A DNA stretch of 64,000 nt from Tubiluchus corallicola (GCA_030141605.1 JAQGDQ010000121.1:124001-188000); one strand, 5' to 3'; shown: positions 12,001 to 23,760, counted from the first letter of the stretch. Program-made: numbers and translations. The notes: a model not told the origin generated them from the letters alone.

Positions 12001-15000
12001 AATTAAGAATGATACACTATTGCCATATTCTGAATACATTACTACAACAGCTTAAAAACAGTTTTGAAGCAAAAGATTGTTGTAACACCTACCTTGTTTG
12101 TAGCTACCAGCATTTCCGGGGATAAATAACACAGGTATTCCCTTTGGTTTCAAATCTCTGCAAAAAAGAAATCTCATTTTTCTGCACCATATAAGAACTC
12201 CAGTCTCAAATAAAAAATGCTAGTTAAATTTCAGTATTTTCAGGAGGAAGGCAGCTGTAAATTATATAAGCTGTACGCAGTAACAATTTTGATAACAAGA
12301 CATCATCAAAAGCATCAAACTTGACAACTTACTTTTTCTGTTTTGCAATGTATGATCTGAAAATAGAAAATTAGAGATAGTTTAACTATTACAATAACAT
12401 AGAGTAAGTAATTTAACAATAAATTTTAATAAATTTTTGAATAAAGATTTTCTACAATAAATGATTTGAACCGTGAATAGTACAAAGTATGGAACAGTGA
12501 TATAACCGAGTATCCACTGGTCAAGTTCGAGCCTCAAATACGAGTCTGCATACCCAAGTCGCCAATGCCCATGAATACAAGACCTTTAATTATATACATG
12601 TAACTCCAAAGTAAAGAATAGCTGAAACAATATCTCGTAGTGAGGCACAGCTCTAAACAGACATAATTCTAGTTAATTACTGATCTTGTTATACAGCAGC
12701 TGTAATACATCTTTTTAAATTTTTACATTTGACTTATATTATATTTATTGCATAATGGCACCTTACCCTTCTCCATACAGGTAAAGATTGTATCTTGGAA
12801 ACTTCTCCTTGATTTGATCACCTAAATCAATTTTCTGTAAAGAAATAAAACTAGCAATGTATTTTACAAGAATTCTATTTTGAGTTACCAAAAACAGCTA
12901 CTTAATGTGTAAACTGCTATAATTTCTTTCACTTTAAATGTTCTGTAAATCTCTTTAAAGGTTGTTCTTGCTTCAGAACTGTTCTAAGAAAAGGCTGTTC
13001 AAGCAAACTGACGAAAAGCTTTGTAATGTTCAAAAATAAGAAATATTAGTTTTGGCGTGATGCCACTGTTACTTATAGCACGTTTAACAATACGTGTGCA
13101 AATCCGGTAAAACACAAATAAAATGCTACTGTATCACAATTTTATTGCGAAAATTATGCAAATTACACCAGACTACACATCAAAAAAGGCACAAAATAAT
13201 CATGGAATACATCAAGTAAGAAGGCAATCAATTTACTTATTAAACGACAGCTGTTAGGAAACAAACTATGAGACCAGACACCTATATAAGATAAGACAGA
13301 ATTTATTCTGCCTTAATTGCGGTAATCGTACAGCAATTAATTTCATTTGGCTATTAATGGTCGATGATCGATGTGCAAATTAAAAAATTGTTGCTGTTCA
13401 CATAATTTGTATTTTACATGATTTCCATTTTGCACAAGAAAATTAAACATTCTTATATAACTTATATAAAGATTTGACATGTGAGCACTAGTTGGTGTAC
13501 AATATGATGTAAGCCGCTAGCCACAACTTATTATGCACAGTAAAGTACTAATTAAGCTTTCTCGGCACATGTCATGAAAATCTTATTTAGCCTAATTTAG
13601 GAATTAACGAGGGAATTACTTTAGGAATCAACGAGCAATTTCTAAGCATTTTTACAACGGTAATAATTATTTAGTAATACTATTGTAACTCACAAAAGCA
13701 TTTCAGATAAAACCACACTCGCTTCGTTGAGCTTACACTTTCTTAAGTGCATTTTTATAAGGACTTGCACAGCTCAAGATTTTTGTGCAAATGAATGAAA
13801 TAATTGTAATTTCAGTGGTTATCAACTACAGACTGGTACAGAGCCAGAAAACCAGTACAGTAGGTTTCAGTTTTCTTTAGCTTTCAAACCCCACGTGAAG
13901 TTAGACAGTATACCCGGTCAGCTCAGGCTCAAAATCGTATGTCGTCAAAAAAAGAGGGGAAGAAACTGTCATGCTGCTTGGGTGTCCAATTCTTTTTCGG
14001 TCTGTCACACCTAAGAATCCACTCTTCTGTTACAATTTTATCCTTTGGAAAACATAAAAATGATCTCTCTTTGTTAGAAGGATTATTTACGCAGTACAAG
14101 GCAAAAAGCAGAAATGATCAGAAAAACAGAAAATTTAATCATCCTGAATAATAAAACAGATCAGCACGAGATACCAGCATGGGCACGCAAAATAAAACTT
14201 GTATGCTGTACCTCATTACTAATATTTCTTGTGCCATGAAGTACGTGTGGGCAAAGTTATGATTTGAGCTTAACACTAAAAATGTCTTCAGCACTGCTTT
14301 AAGACCTGTACACACTTGAAGGACAACAGCACATCTTGACTAATCATTAAATGTTACTGTGAGCTAGTTACCCAACAAAAAACACAAACTACATAAACAT
14401 ATATGTGTTTAGATATTTCACATTTGACAACTTAATAAGAAGGCTCAACAAGAAAAAACATGTTTAAAAAGTAAAACTTGTCAATATTCCAACTTCCTTA
14501 TTAATACTAATAGTCTCTATAATGACCTGTGCTAAGGATACAGGTTGAAATACTTATGTTAGATGTGTAATCACGTCTTTCTTCTATTGTTTTTTTCTAG
14601 GAATATGAACTCTTTGTCAAGAAGAAAAGCAACTCAATGAACTACAAGTTTTTTGTACATGAACTTCATTACTGAATGTTTTTATGATATAAATCAATCA
14701 TTTCTGCGCGTGTGTCATTAAATTAATTTTTAAATTAATTTATCGTAACACTGAAGTGCATTTTTATGCTTTAAAGTGTAATAAATAAATCTTTAAATTT
14801 TTAACCATCAGTAAGAATGGCAAGATAAAAATGTTACAGTAAACATGGCATTACAAAAAATGGCACAGGAAAAAAGGCACAAATGGAAAAATAGGAAAAA
14901 ATGGCACACTTATAATATATGACTTTACAGTTATGAATACTGTAGGGAACAATTATTTTAGTTATTTTTACCTCTGCCAAGGAAGTTATAGGAAGCAAGA

Positions 15001-18000
15001 AAGGTACATTTTCATGCAGATTCCTGGACGGGGTGGGGTGGTGAAAACACGAAAACAGGTGTTTTTCGTTGCTTATTTTTTCTACAAATCTTGACTGAAC
15101 ACCACGTACAACAAACATTCATGTAGCACATCGTCGAGATCTCAGAGGGAGTGTTATAGCTATTTGGAAAGAGGAAGACTTGGCTATAAGACAGGGCAAG
15201 TTTTTTTTTATTATGTTCACCTGGACATTTTTACCTACAATCGAATTCCTGAACATTACAAAGCTCAATTTACCATTACTGTATTTCCTTTTTATGTGAT
15301 TTTGCTCTAGCATTATAGTACAGCGTACAGCAGAGCAAAGCCCAGCTAGTCTGCATCAAAAACATAAACTTTGGACTTGAATATTTGACATGGAGTCCCT
15401 ATGTAATTAAGGAAATTGGTGACCAAGGGGAGCAGACAGGTAGGGCAGGTTTAGCATGTTTATCTAGTTAACAGTTATGGATCACCTGTAAACACTTTCG
15501 CACCTGCATACACCTCATGTCAATAAACTGCTGAAGGAATAATTGGTTTAAGATCAGCAGCCTTACACAGCGACGTCCAGAAGTCAACTTATTTTAGTCT
15601 TTCAAACTTTTGCATATATGATTAACAGTTGATCACCATTACTGCTTATAAGAGCTAATGACTACTCATTATTACTGTATACATATCAAAAACAACCAAT
15701 CTTCACTCCCATTTAACACATAATTAGTATCATATTTATTGAGTATCATATTACAATGCAGCGAATGTGCAACAGAGAATTACGATGAATACTCAACGTG
15801 TCATGACGAGTATTGCATATTCGCCAGACACTTCTGTGCAGTTAGCATATCGAAAAAATGGTTACCAGAACAGAAGTAGCATAATGAAGCAAAAATGTCA
15901 TAGACTTTTAAATCCTCAACCATGAAACAAATAAATAAATAAATCTCTGTATCTTAAATCTCATTAATTAGTTTATCAGTACAAAAACTTGAGACAGTCA
16001 TTGCAAATGAGCAGTACAGTTGTAACAGACTTGCAATGAAATAAGGGTACTAAAACCAGCAGCTTGCAGTAACACATAACAAGCATCAATAACTCAATAT
16101 AAGGACAATCTAACTTAGAAAGTATATTTTGCTTATTGCATACATTCAAGTTTGGTTCTAGTGAGAATGCAGTATTGAGAATGCAACTGTGCTAATTGTT
16201 CAGTATTCAAAAATGGGATATAGCAAAAGCCAAAAATATATATCTTTAAACACATGTCAATCAGCTTACTATCCCAAATGTTGGGTAGTAACTTTTATCT
16301 TCTAAAAAGTTAAATAAAAGTACTACTCTATAGTAAGATAACATTTTGTCATATTTTATGTAACGTACAAAATGCTAGTCCTATTCTATGGTTATAAAAA
16401 TATAAATGAAATTCAGTGCCTTTTAAATAACAAAAATTGACTAAAATGCCTTTGGGCAGCATTGCTATGCATAAATACATGCATATATATATATATATAT
16501 ATATTAGTGATAGGCCACTCGACATTTTTGTGTAATTAACGAGCCGTTCAACTTTGCTGCTCACAAATACGGATCAATCACAAGTCGGATAAAATACGTA
16601 AATATTGCAGCTACAAAAATTATTTTTGAACTGTCTTATCAGTTATTTTATGTATTATAAGCTATGACAGACAAAACTTCAAAGATGAATTTTATCATTT
16701 ATTCGATTTGAAGGACATTAACTTTATCAGGTAAAGTAAAACAAAATGTATCATTGAAACTTAGCCTTGCCTGGATTAAATGTAAATTAGTGATTTCTCT
16801 GTTAACCCCTGGAATATGTAAATTAGTGATTTAGCCTCATTTCTATACTGTGTGTGTTCTGGTAAACCCTTTGAACAGAAGTCGAAGGCAACTGAATAAA
16901 ATATAGTTGTCGCATGTAAAACAGTACTTAATTTTAACATGACAAATACCCTAAACATTTGAAAACCTTTGCTATAAGTTTTTTTAAACCTTATTTTTAT
17001 ATTTTTTTATAAATTCAGCAATTTTTATGGCATGATTGGTGCAATAGTTCATGGAGCAGATCAGTAATCTAATAGCGAGCCGAGCAGATAGAACTTGTTC
17101 ATTGATCACCAATCACAATGAAGTACCACCATTCATTCAATTCACTGATCGTTCAACTAATCACTAACATACATGCCTATATTAAAACATAGTAACCAGT
17201 ATCGATGCTTACAAAACCTCAATGAAAACACACCTTACTTGTTCAGTTTCAGTCTTCCAACAGACTAACTACTTTTCTTTGGTCAACATTTGATGTAGAA
17301 GAATCTATTTATGACAGAATCAAGTCAATCTAAAAAGGGGTGCTTTTAAAGTTTTTATAAAACATTTATAAGTCTGCACAAAATAACGATTTCATCTGAA
17401 AAATTGGTCCAGAATTGACTTAACAGGTGATAAACATATAGGTTTTACAATCTATCTTTGTTTCAGTGAAACACAGAAACACACTTAATTCTTACACATT
17501 AATCTGTTAATGCTTGAAAAACAGAGACCTTCTCTTAATTAACCAGGACATTTATTTCTCATCATGTTATTTTTAATAGAATGCCTCTTTGCATTTTCTT
17601 TAATCTCCTTTCATATCCCACCTCAAACTACCACAATATAGCTAACTTAAATGCCTCTAGTTGTGAGAGCTAGAATAACCAACAAAATTTTTCATTAACA
17701 TAATCCTCTTCAGAAAACCTCGTTTTAGCATAGGTAATCATACCCTAAGAAAAAAGGCGAAGATGACATTTATTTAACAGACAGGACTCATTTAATAGAC
17801 AACATTAGCACTAACGCTAATTTAGCGACTTATACTCACAACAAGACAGGTAGGGAAGCAACACAGAAGTAAACAATAACATGCAGAGTATGCCCTGGTG
17901 TTGCCAGCTGCTGGTCTTGAACCTACTGTGTAGCCACCAACATTTAATTAACTATTAACTGTTAAATTATGCAAAAGAAACTTATTTCAAGCAAATACAT

Positions 18001-21000
18001 GATTTTTTCATTGCTGTTATTCCTAAACTTGAAAGGCTGACTGATTTATTTATGTTAAATCAAAACCGGACCCAATCTTAAACTGTAGTTCAAAATAATC
18101 TACTCTTTAAAATATTGAAAAGAAACAAACTATTGTTTCAAAAAAGACTTATGTGAGAAAATTATTGCCACACAAACACAATTTTGCATTTGCGCCACTA
18201 GTTTTTCGCTGTTACATGCATTTCGCCATTTGCTAGTTAGACGGGTACTAGCGCCTGCATTTCGGAAGTGCACTGCACAAAAAACAGGCACTGTACCTCT
18301 CAGTTCAGATGTGTTAGTTTGTGATAAACTGCACCCGTTCTACAGCTCATGCATGAACACAGTGGTAAATTTGAAATTCGAATTTCGTCCTAAAACTTGT
18401 ATATATCTCACAGTAGCACTGTAGTTCAATTTTCACTTTGGAAACACGTGTAACAAGCTCATGAAATATTTTTGCTGTTAAAATTATGTTAGTTTGTGAT
18501 GTCATCAATAGTTGGGCTCGCCCGCTGTTAATTAAGATTTTAATCTACTATTTAATTATCGGAAACGCTTTTGAAGTATTAATTGTGTTAAAATGTATAC
18601 TTTTATCTTCTTCTTCTTCTTCCCAGCTTTTCCCTATTCGGGGTCACCATTGTGAATGAGTCTTCTCCACGCATTCCTGTTGTTGACCATCTCTTCATTT
18701 ATGTCTTTCCTTCCCACATGATCTTCACCGACTCTTCTTTTCAGGTGTCCATATCATCGCAATCTTGCGAGGCTTCCACTACTTTCACTGCTCCTCTGAT
18801 ATTATTATTTCTAATTTTATCTCTTCTTGTTATTCCCACCATCCATCTCAACATCCTCATCTTCACCACACCGATTTTCTTCTCTTCAGTCTTCTTTAGA
18901 GAAGCTGCTTCCAGCCCATAGATTAGAGCGGGTCTAAGCACTTCTTTGTGGACTTTCCCTTTAAGTCTCACCAACTCATTCATAGAAGGTTTTGGCGCAG
19001 TTTGGGACCGGCACTGAGTTGGGCTGACTTGCCCCCCTCCCCCAGTGGCAAGGTTAAAATGTATACTTTTATCAGACTTGAAAAATGAGGTAGTATATGA
19101 AAAATCATCCTGTCGTCTGTTAATGGATTGCCATTGATATTTTACTGTTATCTATCTACCTTTTTTCTTTCTATGCATTATTTTTGTTTTAAATGTAGTT
19201 ACTGTATCAAAGTCTGTGTATCGTACTTTGGATGGGCTATAATTCAACCGCATATATAAATACTGATCAAGCACTCTTACAGTAAACTTTGTGAGACTTT
19301 TTGGCAGAACTTACAAAAGCTAAAATCACAACAATAGGACTTTTCTCAAGTCCTACAAAAGGAGAAAATTTTAATAGATTGTTTGCTTATGATCTAAATC
19401 TTTTCAGAAAGGTTAACATTTTTTCTACAAAATCCATGTTTCTGCATCATGGTTACTTTTCATTCAACTTTTCAATTATTTTGTGATGTTGGAATAATTT
19501 TGGTCTTAATTTGAAAAAAAGCTCAAATGAAGTGAAAATGTTCCAGTTTAAATGTGACATCATCTTCATTTATCGTTTATCAACTATCAAACTGTTGTTT
19601 ACAGTTCACTTAACTGAAATTTCATATTTGCTTCTACATGTAGTAGAAAAACGAAACTTGATGATTTTGATATGGATCAACTTACTGCACAAACCACACT
19701 GACAAAGTTTTAATGTACAAGCAAACCAATAGGTCTGCTGTAGGTACTTCATGAAAAGGCGCTCAAATGTGCCCAGTTTTCACATCAGGTGCAGTTTTCC
19801 CCGGGCATTGTACCTGGATAGAGTTTAGATAGTATGTTTATACCAGTCTATGTTTGCTCGTGGCAGCTCATAATTTGAACTAGATTTAAAACGAGGCATT
19901 CGGCCACCTTGAGTTCGGCAATTCAGGTAATACTGCGGATTCAGATGAAAAATTTAGTAGATAAAATTTAGTGTAGCTGGCATACGACGCTTAATTTTAT
20001 TTCCCATGATTAAATCAGAAAAGGTAGGGGTGATTAAGCTGCTTATCAGACAGAAGGGTAACAAAGAAATTATCAGACAAAAACTAGGGGACATCCACAT
20101 AAGTTAAAGAAACGGTATAGTCGCACTACCACACGACACAACTTTTTTAGCTTGGCGAGTCAACAGGCAAAGACGTCTAAGATAGGACTAAATGGATATG
20201 ATAATATATAATAATAATATTGTCATATTTGTATTTCCCTATCCCTCTTTGTTAATGCGTCTCCATATACACCAGTACCTTCACGTGCTCAATTTATGAA
20301 AAACAAACATTGTTATATTGTGTTATCAAATTTACGTTAAAAATATGAATTTTAATTTTCATCCCAAGGCAGTTAACTGAGTTATTCAGAGGTAGTAGTA
20401 GTAGTAGTAGTAAATCTCCAGTAGTTATAATATAACTTTTGAGACAAATAGTTCTTCGACTGTAATTGTGACAAATTGCACATTCAATAGATTGTCATCA
20501 ACACCTAGGTGACTCCACTGGCAAGTTTTCTCACTATAATATGTAATCCAGCATCCTTGTTATAGGCATGTTCCAATTAGCACGGTGATTAAATTTCAAT
20601 GGATGATGTTCATAGTGTCTATCTAATTTTGATTTAAATAAATTTACAGATGTTGCTGTTCTCACATCACAGGACAATCTATTCCAGATTTCTGGCATCG
20701 TACAAGAAAAATAGTCGTATTTACCAGTTTTGTGTGCAGTTCTTGATTTATGAAGAATAGGACCTGATCTTGCTGTACGATGTACTTCTAATTTAACAGG
20801 ACAATCATCACAGCTGTAAACTCCAGATACATATTTGTATACATCAATTAGTTGGCCACGTAAACGTCTAAAAGCTAATGTAGTTAAACCTATTCGTTTT
20901 AACTGACTTTCATACGTCAAGTTCATTAGTTCCGGTAACATGTTAAAAGCTCTCATTTGGACAGTTTCGACTGGGTCCACTATATATGCCCTAGGACTAT

Positions 21001-23206
21001 TCCAAATGCTACTTCCATACTCCACTTTTGATCGCACAAGTGCCACATATAGAAGCTTGAAAGTTTGCAGATCTAGGTACTTGAAATTCCTCCTTATTAA
21101 AGCATTGTTTCGTTTGGCGTTCTTTATGATTTCTGCTATGTGATCTTTAAAATTTAGTTTATTATCAAGTAATAATCCAAGGTCTTTCTCACAAGCACTA
21201 AAGTCCAATTCTGCCGGAATGCCACTTGCATCATACATTTTGTATTTATACTCATATCCTGCTCCCACAGATACAACCTTACACTTGTTGAGATGGAACT
21301 GCATACCATTTTCAACTGCCCAATCACAGAGCCCTTCTAGATCCAATTGAAGATCATTACAGCTGGTAAAAGAATCAGATTCAGACCAGATTTTGCTGTC
21401 ATCGGCAAAAAGACGAAGAGAATTTCTCACACAACTAGGCAAGTCATTTATAAATACCACAAATAAACACGGACCTAATACCGAACCTTGCGGTACACCA
21501 CTAGTAATCAAGGACTCAGTCGATTTGTAACCATCAACACAAGTACATTGACTTCTATTTTCTAAGAAGTTTACTATCCACTGTAAAACTGAACCAGTTA
21601 TACCACAATTTTTAAGTTTTGCAAACAGAAAGTGATGAGGTACAACATCAAATGCCTTTTTCAGGTCCAGTAGTATTATATCAAAAGGCTTATTAGCATC
21701 TTTTAACTCAAACCATGCATCGTAACATTGTAACAGTTGGGTAACCGTTGTTCTACCCTTAACAAACCCATGTTGTTCTTCACAAATAATGTTGTATCTT
21801 ATCAGATGGTTCATTATATGTTTCCGCATGATTTTTTCTGTCACCTTATTAATTGTATTTAGTAAGCTAACTGGCCTGTAGTTCGATGGATCTGACTTGT
21901 CCCCTTTTTTATGAATGGGAGTAACCTGTGCCACCTTCCATTGTTCAGGTAACTGACAATCAGCAAAAGACCTATCCAGTAAGGTGTATATAGGCTTAAA
22001 AAGCACGGTTCTACATTCATTTAAAATACGTGGATGGTAACTATCTGGAGCGGATTTGTTTACATTGAGATTTTGTAACTCATAAAGCACCTCTTTTTCA
22101 GTTATGGAAACATTGTTGATATCAGGATATTGTTGCACTGTAGTTACTTCATAGTCAGGAGCATTGGGACTGAATACACTAATGAAAAAATCGTTCAAAA
22201 TTTGTGCCTTCTCCTCTGAATCAGAGACAAGAATACCTTGGGAATTCTTCAGTGAATGAATTCTAGACTTTGGCTTCCGAAGCGCATTGATATACTGCCA
22301 GAATGCCTTGGGATTACTCTTGCAATTACTTGCTAAAATACGTTCATATCTTTTTCTCGCAGTAGTTATAAGGTTTTTCACCACATTACGCCTTGCAGCA
22401 TACTGTTCATAAGAAAGTTTTGTTCTTCGTCTCTTCCAGTCAAAAAACAACTTTTCTTTCTCCTTAATACAGCCAAGCAACTGCTTAGTTAACCAAGGAG
22501 GCCGAGGTCGACTACTCTTATTACAAGAACTTGGATAGAAACTAGGCACATATTCATCAACAACTGACATGTACACATTATGAAATTTTGCCCACATATC
22601 ATCAAGAGTAAGATTACTATTTAAAACATTAATCCAATCAACTTGGCTAAATGCATTACACATACTGCTGAAATTAACTTTGTTTAAACACATCTTCTTC
22701 TGAGGTAGAATTTTGACTGGCAGTACATTTACATTCAAACTAAAATGCAAGCACACATGGTCACTATTACCTAATGGTGAACTAGATCTCAAATATTTTA
22801 CCAAATCATCTTGCTCAGTAAAAACTAGATCAAGTAAAGATGGTTCATTTCCAATGCGATAGCGTGTTGCAAATTTCGTGTTGAGATAACATGTTCAGCT
22901 CAAAGCATTCTAAAAACTCATTTTCCACAGCATTATTGGAGAACTCCAATTGCCAGTCAATTCCTGGTAAATTAAAGTCACCCAGAATACAGATATTTGA
23001 TTTGTGAGATTCACAGACATATCAACGAATAAACATCTAGTCATCTACACAATATCACTAAAAGCAATGCTTACCAAATATTGTGGTAGTTCGTACATAT
23101 ACGTCATAGTACATTTATTATCTTCGACATTTTTGAAAAAGTCATAACAGCCCCAAATGAAAAGAGCGGCACTTACAAACGCGAAAAAACGCATGGCAAA
23201 CGCCAT
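81..23206 (-). CDS. PGAP1: GPI inositol-deacylase (PGAP1/Bst1 family), multi-exon, 3'-partial (continues off the left edge)
   Basis: Exons in transcript order: 23075-23206 ([44 protein letters not shown]), 12767-12834 ([23 protein letters not shown]), 12333-12356, 12093-12157 ([16 protein letters not shown]), 10810-10898 ([19 protein letters not shown]), 10462-10599 ([16 protein letters not shown]), 10123-10219 ([15 protein letters not shown]), 9758-9948 (SVAGGYRD), 9368-9487 ([13 protein letters not shown]), 8669-8830, 8314-8391, 7399-7493, 6870-7014, 6432-6636, 2564-2627, 2257-2404, 81-174 ([20 protein letters not shown]). The frame is continuous over 1915 nt with GT-AG introns and one GC-AG. 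The GHSMGG lipase nucleophile motif and the PGNAGS, GGxRD and STDH motifs match PGAP1. Confidence 0.95.
371..547 (+). mobile_element. Non-autonomous foldback-like repeat with AAAAAGTCACAGG subterminal repeats and telomere-like (CCTAAC) core
   Basis: Left arm has ggtaaaaaatcacagg/ggtaaaaaagtcacagg repeats. Right arm has the reverse complement (gtgactttttt/cctgtggcttt). The centre reads cctaaccctaatcctaacccta. An inverted sibling lies at 58963-59415. Confidence 0.65.
2031..2110 (+). mobile_element. tRNA-derived SINE head / tRNA-like pseudogene
   Basis: A-box-like tagctctagcgg, B-box-like ggttcaaatc, anticodon-like stem tctgc-(7 nt)-gcaga, and end pairing ggtacg/cgtgct. The loop is non-canonical (no U33), so this is not called a functional tRNA. 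Confidence 0.55.
4081..4229 (+). promoter_or_regulatory. Putative promoter of the nested GPCR (ETS-like GGAA sites, TATA-like motifs)
   Basis: gaggaagtt and gggaagtt at 4081-4099. Inverted pair ACAGGAAGT (4150-4158) / ACTTCCTGT (4170-4178). tataaa at about 4201 and 4223, roughly 200 bp upstream of the ATG at 4425. Confidence 0.3.
4425..5507 (+). CDS. Rhodopsin-like (class A) G-protein-coupled receptor, orphan, intronless CDS, nested antisense in a PGAP1 intron
   Basis: 360-aa ORF with seven hydrophobic segments and class A motifs: GN (TM1), NLALAD (TM2), C3.25, DRY, W (TM4), WMPF (TM6), NPFVY (TM7), helix-8 DFR. N-terminal N-glycosylation sequons NTT, NFT, NST. It lies inside PGAP1 intron 2628-6431. 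Confidence 0.93.
   Translation: MGPMYVTDADQAGLMNIAALTVNTTDYVQPNFTLDASLEKNSTMSVGAVIVASLFTIINFSVIVVGNSLIIAAVVQHHYLRTPCRLLIANLALADCLVGAGLIPYIFVVLQNLGFTMYSSTGMKISCLFAEGLLQLACGASYCSMFLIALDRYCSVAFPMQHIRVVTAPRTLHLMVAGWAYSGIWVAAMIAPNWNSEIELCTYNVVFPLWLRILNMVHAAGLFILTTTLYARLFILYKSRTKEILQTDDRQSTFYVEPPKETTAVMSAIASAAERFEREKKRSRQIAVSVAIITGLFFLLWMPFFVVTTLGQTTMDYEKATVVTFYIASLNSGTNPFVYAWKVQDFRDTIKKMITCQSKS
8377..8493. repeat. ~58-bp tandem duplication spanning a PGAP1 splice acceptor
   Basis: cctggcttgattcacctgtaaatcaatttaaaaacagtgatactgttcacaataaaac is followed by cctggcttgattcatcagtaaataaatttaaaaactgttatattgttacaaaataaaac. Confidence 0.85.
11114..11553 (+). mobile_element. Dispersed repeat family A, copy 1 (unclassified non-autonomous element)
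   Basis: Colinear with 18209-19113: shared start ctgttacatgcatttcgccatt(c/t)gctagttagacg and shared end atatgaaaaatcatcctgt. Confidence 0.75.
13005..14302 (+). mobile_element. Dispersed repeat family B (~1.3 kb non-autonomous element), copy 1
   Basis: Matches 50780-51874 in reverse complement (e.g. tttgtgcaaatgaatgaaata, gcagaaatgatcagaaaa, cttcagcactgcttt) and 26813-27220 in the same orientation. Confidence 0.75.
18209..19113 (+). mobile_element. Dispersed repeat family A, copy 2, interrupted by an RTE insertion
   Basis: Colinear with 11114-11553 once 18608-19073 is removed. Confidence 0.7.
18608..19052 (-). mobile_element. Short RTE-clade non-LTR retrotransposon remnant with (GAA)n tail and 21-bp TSD
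   Basis: Minus-strand peptide [42 protein letters not shown] is typical of the RTE ORF C-terminus. (TTC)n tail at 18608-18622. Identical gttaaaatgtatacttttatc at 18587-18607 and 19053-19073. Confidence 0.88.
20392..23020 (-). mobile_element. 5'-truncated CR1/L2-group LINE (partial APE endonuclease + reverse transcriptase) in PGAP1 intron 1
   Basis: EN remnants [23 protein letters not shown] and SDH. RT motifs [33 protein letters not shown] and KDLG. CR1-type C-terminus WNRL..FKSKLD. (TAC)7 tail at 20392-20412. One frameshift near 22877. Confidence 0.93.
20534..22804 (-). CDS. LINE ORF2 reverse transcriptase (uninterrupted 756 codons; true N-terminus truncated and frameshifted)
   Basis: ORF track 20534-22804 carries all core RT motifs. 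The listed start is a TTG inside the EN domain, not a real start. Confidence 0.8.
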   Translation of the reverse strand: MVKYLRSSSPLGNSDHVCLHFSLNVNVLPVKILPQKKMCLNKVNFSSMCNAFSQVDWINVLNSNLTLDDMWAKFHNVYMSVVDEYVPSFYPSSCNKSSRPRPPWLTKQLLGCIKEKEKLFFDWKRRRTKLSYEQYAARRNVVKNLITTARKRYERILASNCKSNPKAFWQYINALRKPKSRIHSLKNSQGILVSDSEEKAQILNDFFISVFSPNAPDYEVTTVQQYPDINNVSITEKEVLYELQNLNVNKSAPDSYHPRILNECRTVLFKPIYTLLDRSFADCQLPEQWKVAQVTPIHKKGDKSDPSNYRPVSLLNTINKVTEKIMRKHIMNHLIRYNIICEEQHGFVKGRTTVTQLLQCYDAWFELKDANKPFDIILLDLKKAFDVVPHHFLFAKLKNCGITGSVLQWIVNFLENRSQCTCVDGYKSTESLITSGVPQGSVLGPCLFVVFINDLPSCVRNSLRLFADDSKIWSESDSFTSCNDLQLDLEGLCDWAVENGMQFHLNKCKVVSVGAGYEYKYKMYDASGIPAELDFSACEKDLGLLLDNKLNFKDHIAEIIKNAKRNNALIRRNFKYLDLQTFKLLYVALVRSKVEYGSSIWNSPRAYIVDPVETVQMRAFNMLPELMNLTYESQLKRIGLTTLAFRRLRGQLIDVYKYVSGVYSCDDCPVKLEVHRTARSGPILHKSRTAHKTGKYDYFSCTMPEIWNRLSCDVRTATSVNLFKSKLDRHYEHHPLKFNHRANWNMPITRMLDYIL

Positions 23207-23617
23207 GTTTACTTGCTCTACAACAACTGAAATCTTATTAAACTTCGCACTGCGTAAAAATCAGCTTCGTCACCGCACGACTAAGTTTTTTGGCTCACCG
23301 GTTAACTTACAGCTGCTCTTGTTGACACGGGCAAAGCCGAAATTGCTGGGCAGCGGGCAAAGCAGCTAAGCCGTGAATATCGACTACATCAAGACAATTT
23401 CGCAAATTCACTATTGTAAGAGTATTACATTAGTTACAGCACAACTGTGTACGCAAAAATTGTGCTTATTATTGCACACAAAAACTGTCTGTGCAAAAAC
23501 TGCACATGAAGAAAATTTAATGTATGTGCAAAATATGCAAATCAAAATTGAAATGTGTAAATAAAGAATAGGGTCAAAATTATTTTAATGTTTTGGACTT
23601 ATTAATCATATTGGCAG

Positions 23618-23760
23618 AATTAATTATAATAATAATTATTATAATATTATTAATTATAATAATAATTATTAATTATTATAATTATTATAATATTATTAAT
23701 TATAATTATAATAATTAATTATTATAATATTATTAATTATAATAGTAATTAATTAACTAA
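23618..23760. repeat. AT-only minisatellite (attaattataataataattattataat-like units)
   Basis: About 140 bp made almost entirely of A/T with recurring attaattataat units. Confidence 0.85.

Noticed and set aside
15803-15923. Short minus-strand ATG ORF ([11 protein letters not shown]..) as candidate PGAP1 first exon
   Set aside because: No PGAP1 similarity and it ends in a stop. The true first exon is 23075-23206.
20940-21143. 67-aa plus-strand ORF
   Set aside because: Antisense shadow of the LINE RT frame.
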